DNA of 64,000 bases. Source: Planctomycetota bacterium (lineage in GTDB: Bacteria; Planctomycetota; UBA8108; SXIK01). Location: NCBI GenBank assembly GCA_965223265.1, contig OZ244999.1, positions 8,192,001-8,256,000 of the forward strand, in the 5' to 3' direction. The notes beneath the pieces are model-generated. The model was given only the letters and a program-made list of their open reading frames with translations, ran no database searches and had not been told where the DNA came from. Made by a program: the position numbers and the translations under genes. Positions within the stretch are counted from its first letter, which is position 1. Each line of letters starts with the position of its first letter. Shown one piece after another: positions 28,698 through 37,383 of the stretch.

Positions 28698-31049
28698 TCA
28701 CTGCGGGCACACGAAGTCGACGCATCCGAGGTTCCCCGGCTCCTCCGGCGCCTCCGGATCGAGACCGCAGTCCGGGAACGGCGCGGGTGGCGGGAAACCA
28801 GCGACGAAGAGGAAGTTGAGAAGGGCTATGCCATCGCTGATGTCGAGGTCGCCGCTGTCGTTGACGTCCAAGGCATTGAGGCACTCGCGGCCGAACTGTC
28901 GCGAAACGAAGAGGTAGCTGAAGATCTGGATGGCGTCGCTGACGTCGATGCCGCGATCGAGGTTGGTGTCGCCGCGGATGAACGGCGCGTCGAGAAAAAG
29001 CTTGCCGCGGAAGGCGGCGAAGATCTCCGGCGTCCGCGGTGTGCCGTTGAGGAGCAGGTTGTCGCCGCCGAGCTCGACGAGGTCGTCAGTGAGGAAGAAC
29101 TTGAGCGCGAAGACGAACTTGTCCTCGAAGCCGAAGAGTTCCTGGCGCTCGGAGTGCTTGTAGGCGACGAGGTGGTAAAGCAGGCCGGCGGCTTCATCGG
29201 GCTCGGCGATGCCGAGCTGCGTCGGACGACGGCGGAAGTGCTCGTGGAGGCGCCAGAAGACGTCGCCGACCGACTCGCGTCCGCGGCCTGGATCCGACGC
29301 CGTCTCGTTCAAGCAGAATCCCCACGCCTGCGGACGATCTGGAGCCTCGAAGCCGATTTGACACGAGTCATTGGTCAGTGCGGCCAGACTGTCGGCGATT
29401 CCCTCCTCTATGCCTTCGGGGTCGGCTCGCTGCGTTCTCATCAGGTCGAAGATGAGATAGTGGCCGAATTCGTGCATGAAACGCGTGGGCACAGCATCGA
29501 AAGTTCCTGGGGTGCGGAGAAAACCCTGATGTAAAGGGCCCGAAACCGCCGTTAGGATTTTGCTGCAGTGTTCTCCCGCGCCCACGGCTGAGAAGCCGTC
29601 GACCGTCTGGTTTGGCTGGACCGAGACACAATGAAAAGGATCCGTGTCTCCAACGGGGTGAATCTGAAAGCGAGCACTCGCCGTACGAGAAAACGTAAGC
29701 ATACGCATCGCAGCGTGATACGTCTGAAGCCACCAGTGTCGCAGCGGGCCCTGTATTTCGTCGCCTTGGTGCTGTGGATACTCGAAAAGGACTGAACTAG
29801 ACGTCGGCCCAGCAATCACTTCACGATCGGGAACACCGTCTTTGTCGACGTCGTCCGCCGTGTCAAGATTCCGAATTCCAAATTCGTCCGGGACCCAAGG
29901 CTGTACCTTCACCACCGGCCGGTAGTCCCGCCCACTCCCATCGGCGCGTTCGACGAAGACTCCGTGTTCGAGTGACGCGGTGATGATCTCCGGTGTTTCC
30001 TCGGTTTCGATAGTGAACGTGCCGTCGCGTGCCGTGGTTGTGAGTTCGTTGCCGTCCCCATCTCGCAGTACGACGCCGTCGAGCGGGCTCAGGACTGTCG
30101 TCAGGGTCTGCGGTGTGGAGTAGATGTCGTCGCGCGCGGGCGACCGTCCCTGCACTTGACCGTTCGCCTCGAAGAACTTGACCGTCCGCACGCGCGCGTA
30201 GAGCTCGCCGTCGATGGCGCTGACGAAGTGTTCGGCGTTGCCGTCGTCCGCTTCGGTCGTCGCCACGCACCAGATGGGCTCAGCGCTCTCGAGCGTGCCA
30301 CCCGGGAATCCGAGCTGAAGCTCGCTGGAGTGGACTGCCGCTGCGGTCAAACGAGCCGTTGCTTCAGCTTGCTCGCGGCCGATCTCGGACGTGACCTCGG
30401 GCGGCCGACGCAGCAGATACGCCTCCAGCCAGTAGAGGCGGCCGTCTGGTAGGATGACGACGCGCAGGTGAGCGCCGCGCACCGGCAGTCCGCTCGATGT
30501 CGTCTGGCGGAACACTGCAATGCGATTGGCACCAATGCGAAAGAGGTACGGCGCTTCGAGGTTCTCCGAGCCGCAGCCAAAGAAGTCTCGGTTATCGTCG
30601 ACAAAGACCTCGAGCGCTTGCACGAGCTCGACGCGCGCCTCGTCCGACGGCCAGGCGTCGGCGTCGAACGGAGGCGCAATCGTCACCTCGCCGAGCGGGT
30701 AGACCAGCCGCGGCGTGCGGAGATCTTCGTCCCAGACCACTTGCCACTCTCGACCGTGGCGCGACCAGAACGCCTCGACCGGCGCGGGCCCACTTTGAGC
30801 CTGCCGATACACACGACGCACAGTGCCAAGCGGCAGGTGATAACTCGGGCCATTGAGCGTCAGCTCGACGCTCGACGTCGTCTCGCCCGGGGCTGCCAGT
30901 GCCGCCGCACACGGTATCGCGACGAGTCCAAGGATGGTCAGGCTGACGCCGTGGACGTCGATGCGCGCCGTGGACGTCGATCGCGTCTGTCGAGCCAAGC
31001 CTGATGTGAAAAAAAAGTCGACAGCTCTTCTCCAAGACCAGCGCAGCAT
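28698..31049 (-). CDS. Secreted zinc metallopeptidase (M4/M36-like gluzincin) with propeptide and dockerin-like tail
   Basis: HEFGH plus downstream GIEEGIAD; FTP/PepSY-like propeptide (FRQTTSSGLPVRG, FVSAIDGEL); C-terminal FIRGDTN...DVNDSGDLDISD. Confidence 0.75.
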   Translation of the reverse strand: MLRWSWRRAVDFFFTSGLARQTRSTSTARIDVHGVSLTILGLVAIPCAAALAAPGETTSSVELTLNGPSYHLPLGTVRRVYRQAQSGPAPVEAFWSRHGREWQVVWDEDLRTPRLVYPLGEVTIAPPFDADAWPSDEARVELVQALEVFVDDNRDFFGCGSENLEAPYLFRIGANRIAVFRQTTSSGLPVRGAHLRVVILPDGRLYWLEAYLLRRPPEVTSEIGREQAEATARLTAAAVHSSELQLGFPGGTLESAEPIWCVATTEADDGNAEHFVSAIDGELYARVRTVKFFEANGQVQGRSPARDDIYSTPQTLTTVLSPLDGVVLRDGDGNELTTTARDGTFTIETEETPEIITASLEHGVFVERADGSGRDYRPVVKVQPWVPDEFGIRNLDTADDVDKDGVPDREVIAGPTSSSVLFEYPQHQGDEIQGPLRHWWLQTYHAAMRMLTFSRTASARFQIHPVGDTDPFHCVSVQPNQTVDGFSAVGAGEHCSKILTAVSGPLHQGFLRTPGTFDAVPTRFMHEFGHYLIFDLMRTQRADPEGIEEGIADSLAALTNDSCQIGFEAPDRPQAWGFCLNETASDPGRGRESVGDVFWRLHEHFRRRPTQLGIAEPDEAAGLLYHLVAYKHSERQELFGFEDKFVFALKFFLTDDLVELGGDNLLLNGTPRTPEIFAAFRGKLFLDAPFIRGDTNLDRGIDVSDAIQIFSYLFVSRQFGRECLNALDVNDSGDLDISDGIALLNFLFVAGFPPPAPFPDCGLDPEAPEEPGNLGCVDFVCPQ

Positions 31050-31322
31050 CGCGATGTCCCCCCGTCGATTGTGCGTTCGCTTGAGTCGCGCGTCGCAGCG
31101 CGTCGCTGGCGCGTCAAAATTAAACCGTACGACAAATCATGATAACAATCAATATTTGTCTTGTGCTGCGCTGCGGCCGCTTTGGCGCCGCTCGGAGCCC
31201 GTGCCGTCCACTCGCCTCTCGATGATGGGCTCGAGGAGGTCCGGGCGCTGCCAGGTGAGCAAAAGCATTTGGTGTCGGCTTCGCGATCACCTCATCGGCG
31301 GTTTCGAAGCACGAGTGCGGAC

Positions 31323-32378
31323 CTACAGAGGTCGCCCTCCTCTGCGCGTCCGCATCGACAAGAGCAGGCTGCCGCACGTGACATAGAGCGTGCGCCGATC
31401 TTCACCACCGAACGTGCAATTGGTGATCGTGTCCTCAGGTGTCTCGCGAAACGCCACGCGTTGACCCTTCGGCGAGATGACATGGATCCCGGGTTTCGTC
31501 TTCAGCGTCTCACTCGTGCCGCGCGTCTTGTGAAGGCCCGCCGCGACGTAGAGGTTGCCGTCGCGATCGATACACATGCCGTCGCCACTGCGCCCAGGAT
31601 AGAAGTTGAAGACGATGCGACCGTTCTCCAGGGTGCCGTCCTGCCTCACGTCGTAAGCGCGGAGATCCCGGTGGTGGTCGGCGTCCGGGTGCGCCTCGAT
31701 AAGGTAGAGAATCTTCTCATCAGGCGACAGCACGATCCCGTTTGGCATGTGAACCCGCGGCCACGCGAGCACCTGCGTCACCTCACCACCCGGGTCGATG
31801 CGGTACACGGCGTTGACGTTTCCTTTGGTCGGGTCCTGAACGCCTGGACGTGACGTGAAGTAGATGCGCCCCTTCCGGTCAAGACAGAGATCATTCGGCG
31901 CGGCGAAGGGAAAGCCATTGTACTTCGACGCGACAACCGTGACCTCTCCGGTCTTCATGTCGGTGCGGGTGACGCGGCCGGCACCGCCCTCGCACGCGAG
32001 CAGTCGTCCTTGTGGGTCGAAGAGAAGGCCGTTCGCCTTGTTGGACTTCGTCCGAAAAACGCCGAGCTTTCGCGTCCTCGGACTCCATGTGAGAATCTTT
32101 TCTGCAGGAACGTTGGTGAAGAAGACGGTGCCGCCTCGGTCAACCGCTGGTCCCTCGGTGAAGACCTCGTTGTCTTCGACCTTGGCGAGGACTTCCACCT
32201 CCGAGAGGTAGTCGTCACTCTTGAGATCGGAGTCGTCGCCGGCAAGTAGCGCCGACGTTGACGGGCGGAACAGAGCCGCTGATGCCACGACGCCCGTCAT
32301 ACCGGCGCTGCGCGCGAGAAAATGCCGCCGCGACACGGCGTCGTCGATTCTGTTCGTGCTCTTCAGTTGCTCGTACAT
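31323..32378 (-). CDS. SMP-30/gluconolactonase family protein, Tat-exported
   Basis: SRRHFL, FTEGP, ANGL, PNDL, PNGIVLSPD, DGMCIDRDGNLYVA, TNCTFGG. Confidence 0.9.
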   Translation of the reverse strand: MYEQLKSTNRIDDAVSRRHFLARSAGMTGVVASAALFRPSTSALLAGDDSDLKSDDYLSEVEVLAKVEDNEVFTEGPAVDRGGTVFFTNVPAEKILTWSPRTRKLGVFRTKSNKANGLLFDPQGRLLACEGGAGRVTRTDMKTGEVTVVASKYNGFPFAAPNDLCLDRKGRIYFTSRPGVQDPTKGNVNAVYRIDPGGEVTQVLAWPRVHMPNGIVLSPDEKILYLIEAHPDADHHRDLRAYDVRQDGTLENGRIVFNFYPGRSGDGMCIDRDGNLYVAAGLHKTRGTSETLKTKPGIHVISPKGQRVAFRETPEDTITNCTFGGEDRRTLYVTCGSLLLSMRTRRGGRPL

Positions 32379-32433
32379 GGGTTTTGCCTCGGCTATTCTT
32401 CTTCGATCTGACCGTCCACCGACGGCGTCGGAC

Positions 32434-33651
32434 TCACCCGTCCCTGGGTTGGAACTTGCGCAGATTCTTGAGTACCTCACGCGCGATCGGCATACTGCGA
32501 AAGACGTAAACCTCGCCGGGGATGTCCTCGAGTTCCTCGTCCTCAACGTGGAGCTCCTTCGACAGCGCCAGGATCATATTCTCCGGTCCGTGGCTGCGCA
32601 GAAGCTGCAGCCGCGGCGCGACACTCGAACGTCGCCAAAAGCCAAGGATTTCCATGTACGCCTTGGTCTGCGTCGGCGTGTGAACGAAAGCATGGTCGGG
32701 GATGAGCACTCCCTGTCCACCGAGATCGACAATCTCTGCGGCCGCGCCCATCTCCCAGTCCGACTCAAGCTTGGCGAACTGAGCTTCGAAGGTACGGACC
32801 TCCTCCGGAACGTACTGACCTTGCAGCTGTGTCACGGGCTCAAGCCCGTCTGCATCGCTGAGCTCGAGAGTCGTCGCGAGTCGTTTGACTCCCCAGCGCA
32901 CCTCGGCTTTCAGTTTCCAACGCGGCACGTGAATCAGAGCTGGAAGGAGCTGAGCCATCTGCAAGCCGTACCGTTGTGACGATTTGAAGAGCGACAAAGG
33001 GCCGTCAAGCCTCAGGCGATAGCCACCGGAGGGGATGCTCTCGATCTCGTGCAGGAGTCGTAGGAACTTGATCTTGCGAAAGACCTCGCGGCAGCGCGTC
33101 GTGGTCACGTCGGCGAGTTCAACGACGAGCTGCGTCGCGCGCAGGAGAACCGCCTGCACCAGGGCGACGTTGTAACGCTTGAGCAGCCACTCGGGAGTGC
33201 AGCGGCGAAACTCTTGCAAGAGTTGTTCCGACTTCAAATCGGCGTAGAGGCCGTGCTCGAATGCATCGTCTTCGACGTCGAGTTCATCGCATACAGAGCG
33301 CTTGACCTCCGCACGCCGGAATCCCCACGACTCCGGGTTGGTGTAGACGTCCGCGGCAGCGCGAAAGGCTGCGCGCCGCAGCTCGGCCGGTTCGACGGCC
33401 GAACTCGTCTCGAACTCACAGCGATCCAGGAGAAGCTTGGCGAGCCCTCGCTGAAAGATGAAGGACGTGCCGACACCGACCAGGTCCTTCAATTCTTGCT
33501 CGAGCTCGCGGCGCGGCTTGCCCACGTGGCGCTCGAAGACGTCGACCAGCGTTGTTGCGAGCTCGAGCAGCGCAGCGTCGCCGGCGCTTACGTACTGCGG
33601 TCGCAACCTGCCGCCCCGCTGCGGGACTCGCACCAGATCACTGGTAAGCAC
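32434..33651 (-). CDS. DUF790 family (Bax1-like) endonuclease
   Basis: MLTSDL start, LYADL, RYNVALVQ, LDGPLSLF...RYG, PD-(D/E)xK-like IPDHAF...MEILGFW. Confidence 0.85.
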   Translation of the reverse strand: MLTSDLVRVPQRGGRLRPQYVSAGDAALLELATTLVDVFERHVGKPRRELEQELKDLVGVGTSFIFQRGLAKLLLDRCEFETSSAVEPAELRRAAFRAAADVYTNPESWGFRRAEVKRSVCDELDVEDDAFEHGLYADLKSEQLLQEFRRCTPEWLLKRYNVALVQAVLLRATQLVVELADVTTTRCREVFRKIKFLRLLHEIESIPSGGYRLRLDGPLSLFKSSQRYGLQMAQLLPALIHVPRWKLKAEVRWGVKRLATTLELSDADGLEPVTQLQGQYVPEEVRTFEAQFAKLESDWEMGAAAEIVDLGGQGVLIPDHAFVHTPTQTKAYMEILGFWRRSSVAPRLQLLRSHGPENMILALSKELHVEDEELEDIPGEVYVFRSMPIAREVLKNLRKFQPRDG

Positions 33652-35011
33652 TATGTTTTCTCCGCCTGCTGCTGACGAATTCTTCGGACGTATCTTCGGT
33701 GACGACTTCGTAGAGTATGGCTCTCTTGTCTTCGGCGCGCCTGAGAATGCGTCCCAGGCGCTGGACGTGCTCGCGAACGCTGCCCGACCCGGAGAGAATG
33801 ACGCCGATGCTGGCCGCCGGCACGTCGACGCCCTCGTTGAGGACCTTCGACGTGACGAGGAAAGGGTAGTCGCCGGCGTTGAAGTTCTGAAGGATGTCGT
33901 GGCGCTCTTTGACTTTCGTCTGGTGGGTGATCGCGGGGATCAAGAAGCGGCGCGAGATTGAATACACGGTGTCGTTGTCGCTGGTGAAAATGAGCACCCG
34001 CTCGTGTCGATGCTGCGCCAACAGTTTTTCGAGTGCGTGTAGCTTGGCACGCGAGGCTTGGGCGATTCTTTTCTGCTCGCGGTAAGCGAGAAAGGCGCGG
34101 CGACCGTCTTCGCTGCGCGAGCTGAGCATGAGAAAGCGCGACCATCCATCTGGGCTGCCGACGAAGAGGCGGTTGCGGGCGACGAAATCGCGGTAGGTCG
34201 TCCGCGCTTGGTGGTAGCATTCTCGCTCCTCATCGGAGAGGTGAACCCGCAGCTTCACGGTCTCGTAGTCGGCCAGGTACTCGCCGGCGAGCGTCTTGAT
34301 CTCCTGACGAAAGACGGTGTCGCCGACCGCGTCGACGAGGCGTCTCTCCTCTCCATCCTCGCGCTCGAGCGTCGCCGTCAGGCCGAGGCGAAACGGCGCC
34401 ACGAGAAACTCAGCGGTCTGCAGATACGACGGCCCGGGCAGATGGTGGCACTCGTCGAAGACGACGAAGCCGAATCGATTGCCGAGGCGTTCCATGTGCA
34501 GGTAGGCCGAATCATAGGTCGACACCGTCACCGGCTTCGGCTCATGATAGCCGCCGCCGAGAAGGCCGACCTCAATACCGAAGTTGCTGCCGAGAACACC
34601 GTACCACTGCTGCATGAGGTCGATCGTCGGCGTCACGACGAGCGTGTCGCGCTGCGCCTGCAACATGGCCAATTCGGCGACAAACGTTTTGCCTGCGCCC
34701 GTCGGCAGGACGACGACACCACGGCCTTCAGCTTGCCACCACGCCTCGACTGCGGCCTTCTGGTAGGGAAACGGCTTGCGGTCGATCTGCAGTTGAACGC
34801 TGAGCTCTCCGTAATCACGCACGCCGTCCTCATACGGTATCCCTTGTCCCCTCAGCTCGGAGACCACGTTGCGGTAATACCTTCCCGGGGTGCGCCAAGC
34901 ATCGACGCGTGCGTCAAACGCGGCGCCGGCAAGCGCGAGTGGCTCGACGTCGACATCACCCCCGCCGCGAATGAGGATGGTCCCGCGATCGTAGCTGAGT
35001 GCGACAGGCAT
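33638..35011 (-). CDS. XPB/Rad25-like superfamily II helicase
   Basis: LPTGAGKT, DECHH, LGLTAT, VLNEGVDVP, QRLGRILR; overlaps the DUF790 gene. Confidence 0.9.
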   Translation of the reverse strand: MPVALSYDRGTILIRGGGDVDVEPLALAGAAFDARVDAWRTPGRYYRNVVSELRGQGIPYEDGVRDYGELSVQLQIDRKPFPYQKAAVEAWWQAEGRGVVVLPTGAGKTFVAELAMLQAQRDTLVVTPTIDLMQQWYGVLGSNFGIEVGLLGGGYHEPKPVTVSTYDSAYLHMERLGNRFGFVVFDECHHLPGPSYLQTAEFLVAPFRLGLTATLEREDGEERRLVDAVGDTVFRQEIKTLAGEYLADYETVKLRVHLSDEERECYHQARTTYRDFVARNRLFVGSPDGWSRFLMLSSRSEDGRRAFLAYREQKRIAQASRAKLHALEKLLAQHRHERVLIFTSDNDTVYSISRRFLIPAITHQTKVKERHDILQNFNAGDYPFLVTSKVLNEGVDVPAASIGVILSGSGSVREHVQRLGRILRRAEDKRAILYEVVTEDTSEEFVSSRRRKHSAYQ

Positions 35012-35264
35012 GAAGCTGAGACGTGATGGCTGAATTCGGTGCTGCGGCGAGGAGGCGCGTCAGGGTTACGAACGAGTCGAAATTTGAAGACGCCGCATCC
35101 GTGCCGGGCGAGCCCTGTTTCAAAGGGCTGCCTGAGCATCTTCGGAGTGGGGACGTCTGCGGAGTCGCTGAGTCGTCACCGCAGGCTAACGTGGCCGGCT
35201 ACGTCGTGCCACTAGGTTCTTGAGAAGGTGACGGCGACGCGTCCACGTCGATGGATGCACCTAT

Positions 35265-35824
35265 CCCGCATTTCTCACCAGATTTCTACTGCGGTCCGTA
35301 AGTCGCGCTTTCGACCTCCCTCCTCGGTGGGACTCAACTACGTCAGACTTCACGCTTCGATCCTCAATGTGCAGGAAGCACGCCTGCGGTCGCCTCGCAA
35401 AGTCTTCCTTGCCACGACACGACTTACGGTTCCTCGCTACGGATTCTGGCGAGAAATGCGGGCCGACGCCCCCATTTCTCACCAGAATCCTACTGCGGTC
35501 CGTAAGTCGCGCCGTGGACAGCGTCAGACTTCACGCTTCGATCCTCAATGTGCAGGAAGCACGCCTGCGGTCGCCTCGCAAAGTCTTCCTTGCCACGACA
35601 CGACTTACGGTTCCTCGCTACGGATTCTGGCGAGAAATGCGGGCCGACGCCCCCATTTCTCACCAGAATCCTACTGCGGTCCGTAAGTCGCGCCGTGGAC
35701 AGCGTCAGACTTCACGCTTCGATCCTCAATGTGCAGGAAGCACGCCTGCGGTCGCCTCGCAAAGTCTTCCTTGCCACGACACGACTTACGGTTCCTCGCT
35801 ACGGATTCTGGCGAGAAATGCGGG
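35265..35824. repeat. Tandem array of three MITE-B copies (198 + 175 + 175 bp, 6-bp ccgacg linkers)
   Basis: Copies at 35265-35462, 35469-35643 and 35650-35824; inverted relative to 24374-24571; flanked by ctat / ctag. Confidence 0.85.
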
Positions 35825-37331
35825 CTAGCACTTCGCCGACGCGCCGGCCGCTGGTCATAGCCCAAGCGATGTGGAGCCCATGTCCCCAGAGCACCTGACC
35901 GCCCAGTCCATTTTGCCCGACGGCATAGAGGCCGGGAATCGGCCGACCGCTTTCGGCGTCGAGAACGCGACAGTCGATGTCGATCGCAGCGCCACCCTCG
36001 GTGGTCGTAAAGTATGCCTTGGCGGGACCGAGCAGGACCCAGTCGCCACTTGTGAGGCGTTTGCGACCATGGGACCGCCCCCACGTGTCCGTGTGCTCTG
36101 CCTCGAGACGAGCGTTGTAGCTTGCAACTTCGTCGACCAACCCATGGGCGTCCAAACCGCCGCGCCGTGCAAGCTCCGAGAGACTTCGCGCCCGCAGCGC
36201 AATGTCGGGGCGCAGTCGCAAATAGTCTTGTACGTAGGCGTAGGCGATTTGCGGCGCCGTGGAAATGAAGTGGGGCCACTGGCTGTAGCGCTCGATCAAG
36301 TCGCAGTCGAGGAGGAAGAAGCATTCCTTACCCGTCTGCAGCGCCGCGGCTGTCTCCCGCGCCGGCGACTCGAGCTCATTCACGAATCTTCGTCCCTCCC
36401 GGTTGACGAGAATCGCACCGTCTGCGAGCACTGCGTCCTCAGGGTGATGCCACGTGACGAGGACGCGACGAGCTACCCGCTGCAGGACCGATCCGGGGAC
36501 GAACGAGACGGCGCGGCGAATGACGCCGGCAAGCACGCCGCTCGACGGGAGAGAGTCGAGGCGGCTCTTTCCAGGGGGGCGCACGAAGCGGAGTTCAGGC
36601 CCATAGGTGACATCCATATTGACCAAACGGGCGCCGACGCTTTCGGCGAGAACGTGCCCGTCGCCGGTGGCAGCGGTGTTGATCCCGTCGATGCGCGCGA
36701 ACCCGTCGCCTTTGAAGCGCGCGATGAGCTCCGCGGAGGCGGCGTAGTCTCCAGCGGCGAGGGCGACCCCGAGGCGCGCCGTGGTCTCAACGTTTTTGCC
36801 TTCGTGGAAGAGTTTGACACCGACGACCTTGTCGGCGCTGCGAAGGATCTCTGTCACCTTGGCGTCATAGTAGATGTGCCCTCCGAGCTTGATCAACCTG
36901 CGCTTCAGTACGTCCACGTAGGCGCGTCCGTTCGGAATGACGTTGTGCATGCGCGCGGCGCGATTGGGAGGCTCGGGACTTGGGCCGTGAAACGTCAGGC
37001 CCATTCCCTTGAGCCACTCGAGGGTTGCCGCCGCGTCGGAGAGAAAGCTTCGACGCAGTTCCACATTGCCGCGCGTCTCGATCTCCGGCGGCGCGAACTT
37101 GGCAGCGTCTTCGACGTGTGCCTCGACGTCATCACTTATGTTCGCGCGCTCTTGTTCTGCTGTGTTACTGGCGGTGAAGGAACCGACTGCGAGTCGCGTG
37201 GTGCCGCCGGCGTAGGGCAACTTTTCGAGCACGACGACGCGCACGCCGTGCTCGGCCGCGCTCACCGCCGCGGCGAGTCCACTGCCTCCGGCACCAACGA
37301 TGATGACGTCATAGGAACTCTGTACGCTCAT
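35799..37331 (-). CDS. FAD-dependent oxidoreductase (FAD_binding_2; fumarate reductase/KstD-like flavoprotein)
   Basis: DVIIVGAGGSGLAAA, GGTT, ATGDG, ILVNREGRRFVNE, TEGG, IPGLYAVG; no signal peptide. Confidence 0.85.
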   Translation of the reverse strand: MSVQSSYDVIIVGAGGSGLAAAVSAAEHGVRVVVLEKLPYAGGTTRLAVGSFTASNTAEQERANISDDVEAHVEDAAKFAPPEIETRGNVELRRSFLSDAAATLEWLKGMGLTFHGPSPEPPNRAARMHNVIPNGRAYVDVLKRRLIKLGGHIYYDAKVTEILRSADKVVGVKLFHEGKNVETTARLGVALAAGDYAASAELIARFKGDGFARIDGINTAATGDGHVLAESVGARLVNMDVTYGPELRFVRPPGKSRLDSLPSSGVLAGVIRRAVSFVPGSVLQRVARRVLVTWHHPEDAVLADGAILVNREGRRFVNELESPARETAAALQTGKECFFLLDCDLIERYSQWPHFISTAPQIAYAYVQDYLRLRPDIALRARSLSELARRGGLDAHGLVDEVASYNARLEAEHTDTWGRSHGRKRLTSGDWVLLGPAKAYFTTTEGGAAIDIDCRVLDAESGRPIPGLYAVGQNGLGGQVLWGHGLHIAWAMTSGRRVGEVLARISRQNP

Positions 37332-37383
37332 GGTTCAGTTTCTGAGCCAGCCGTCCAGAGCGGTCGTGGCACGAGATCCCGAT

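Noticed and set aside
35265-35824. Possible CRISPR array or repeat-protein ORFs
   Set aside because: Units are 175-198 bp without unique spacers, carry TIRs, and there are no cas genes; the ORFs simply translate the repeat.
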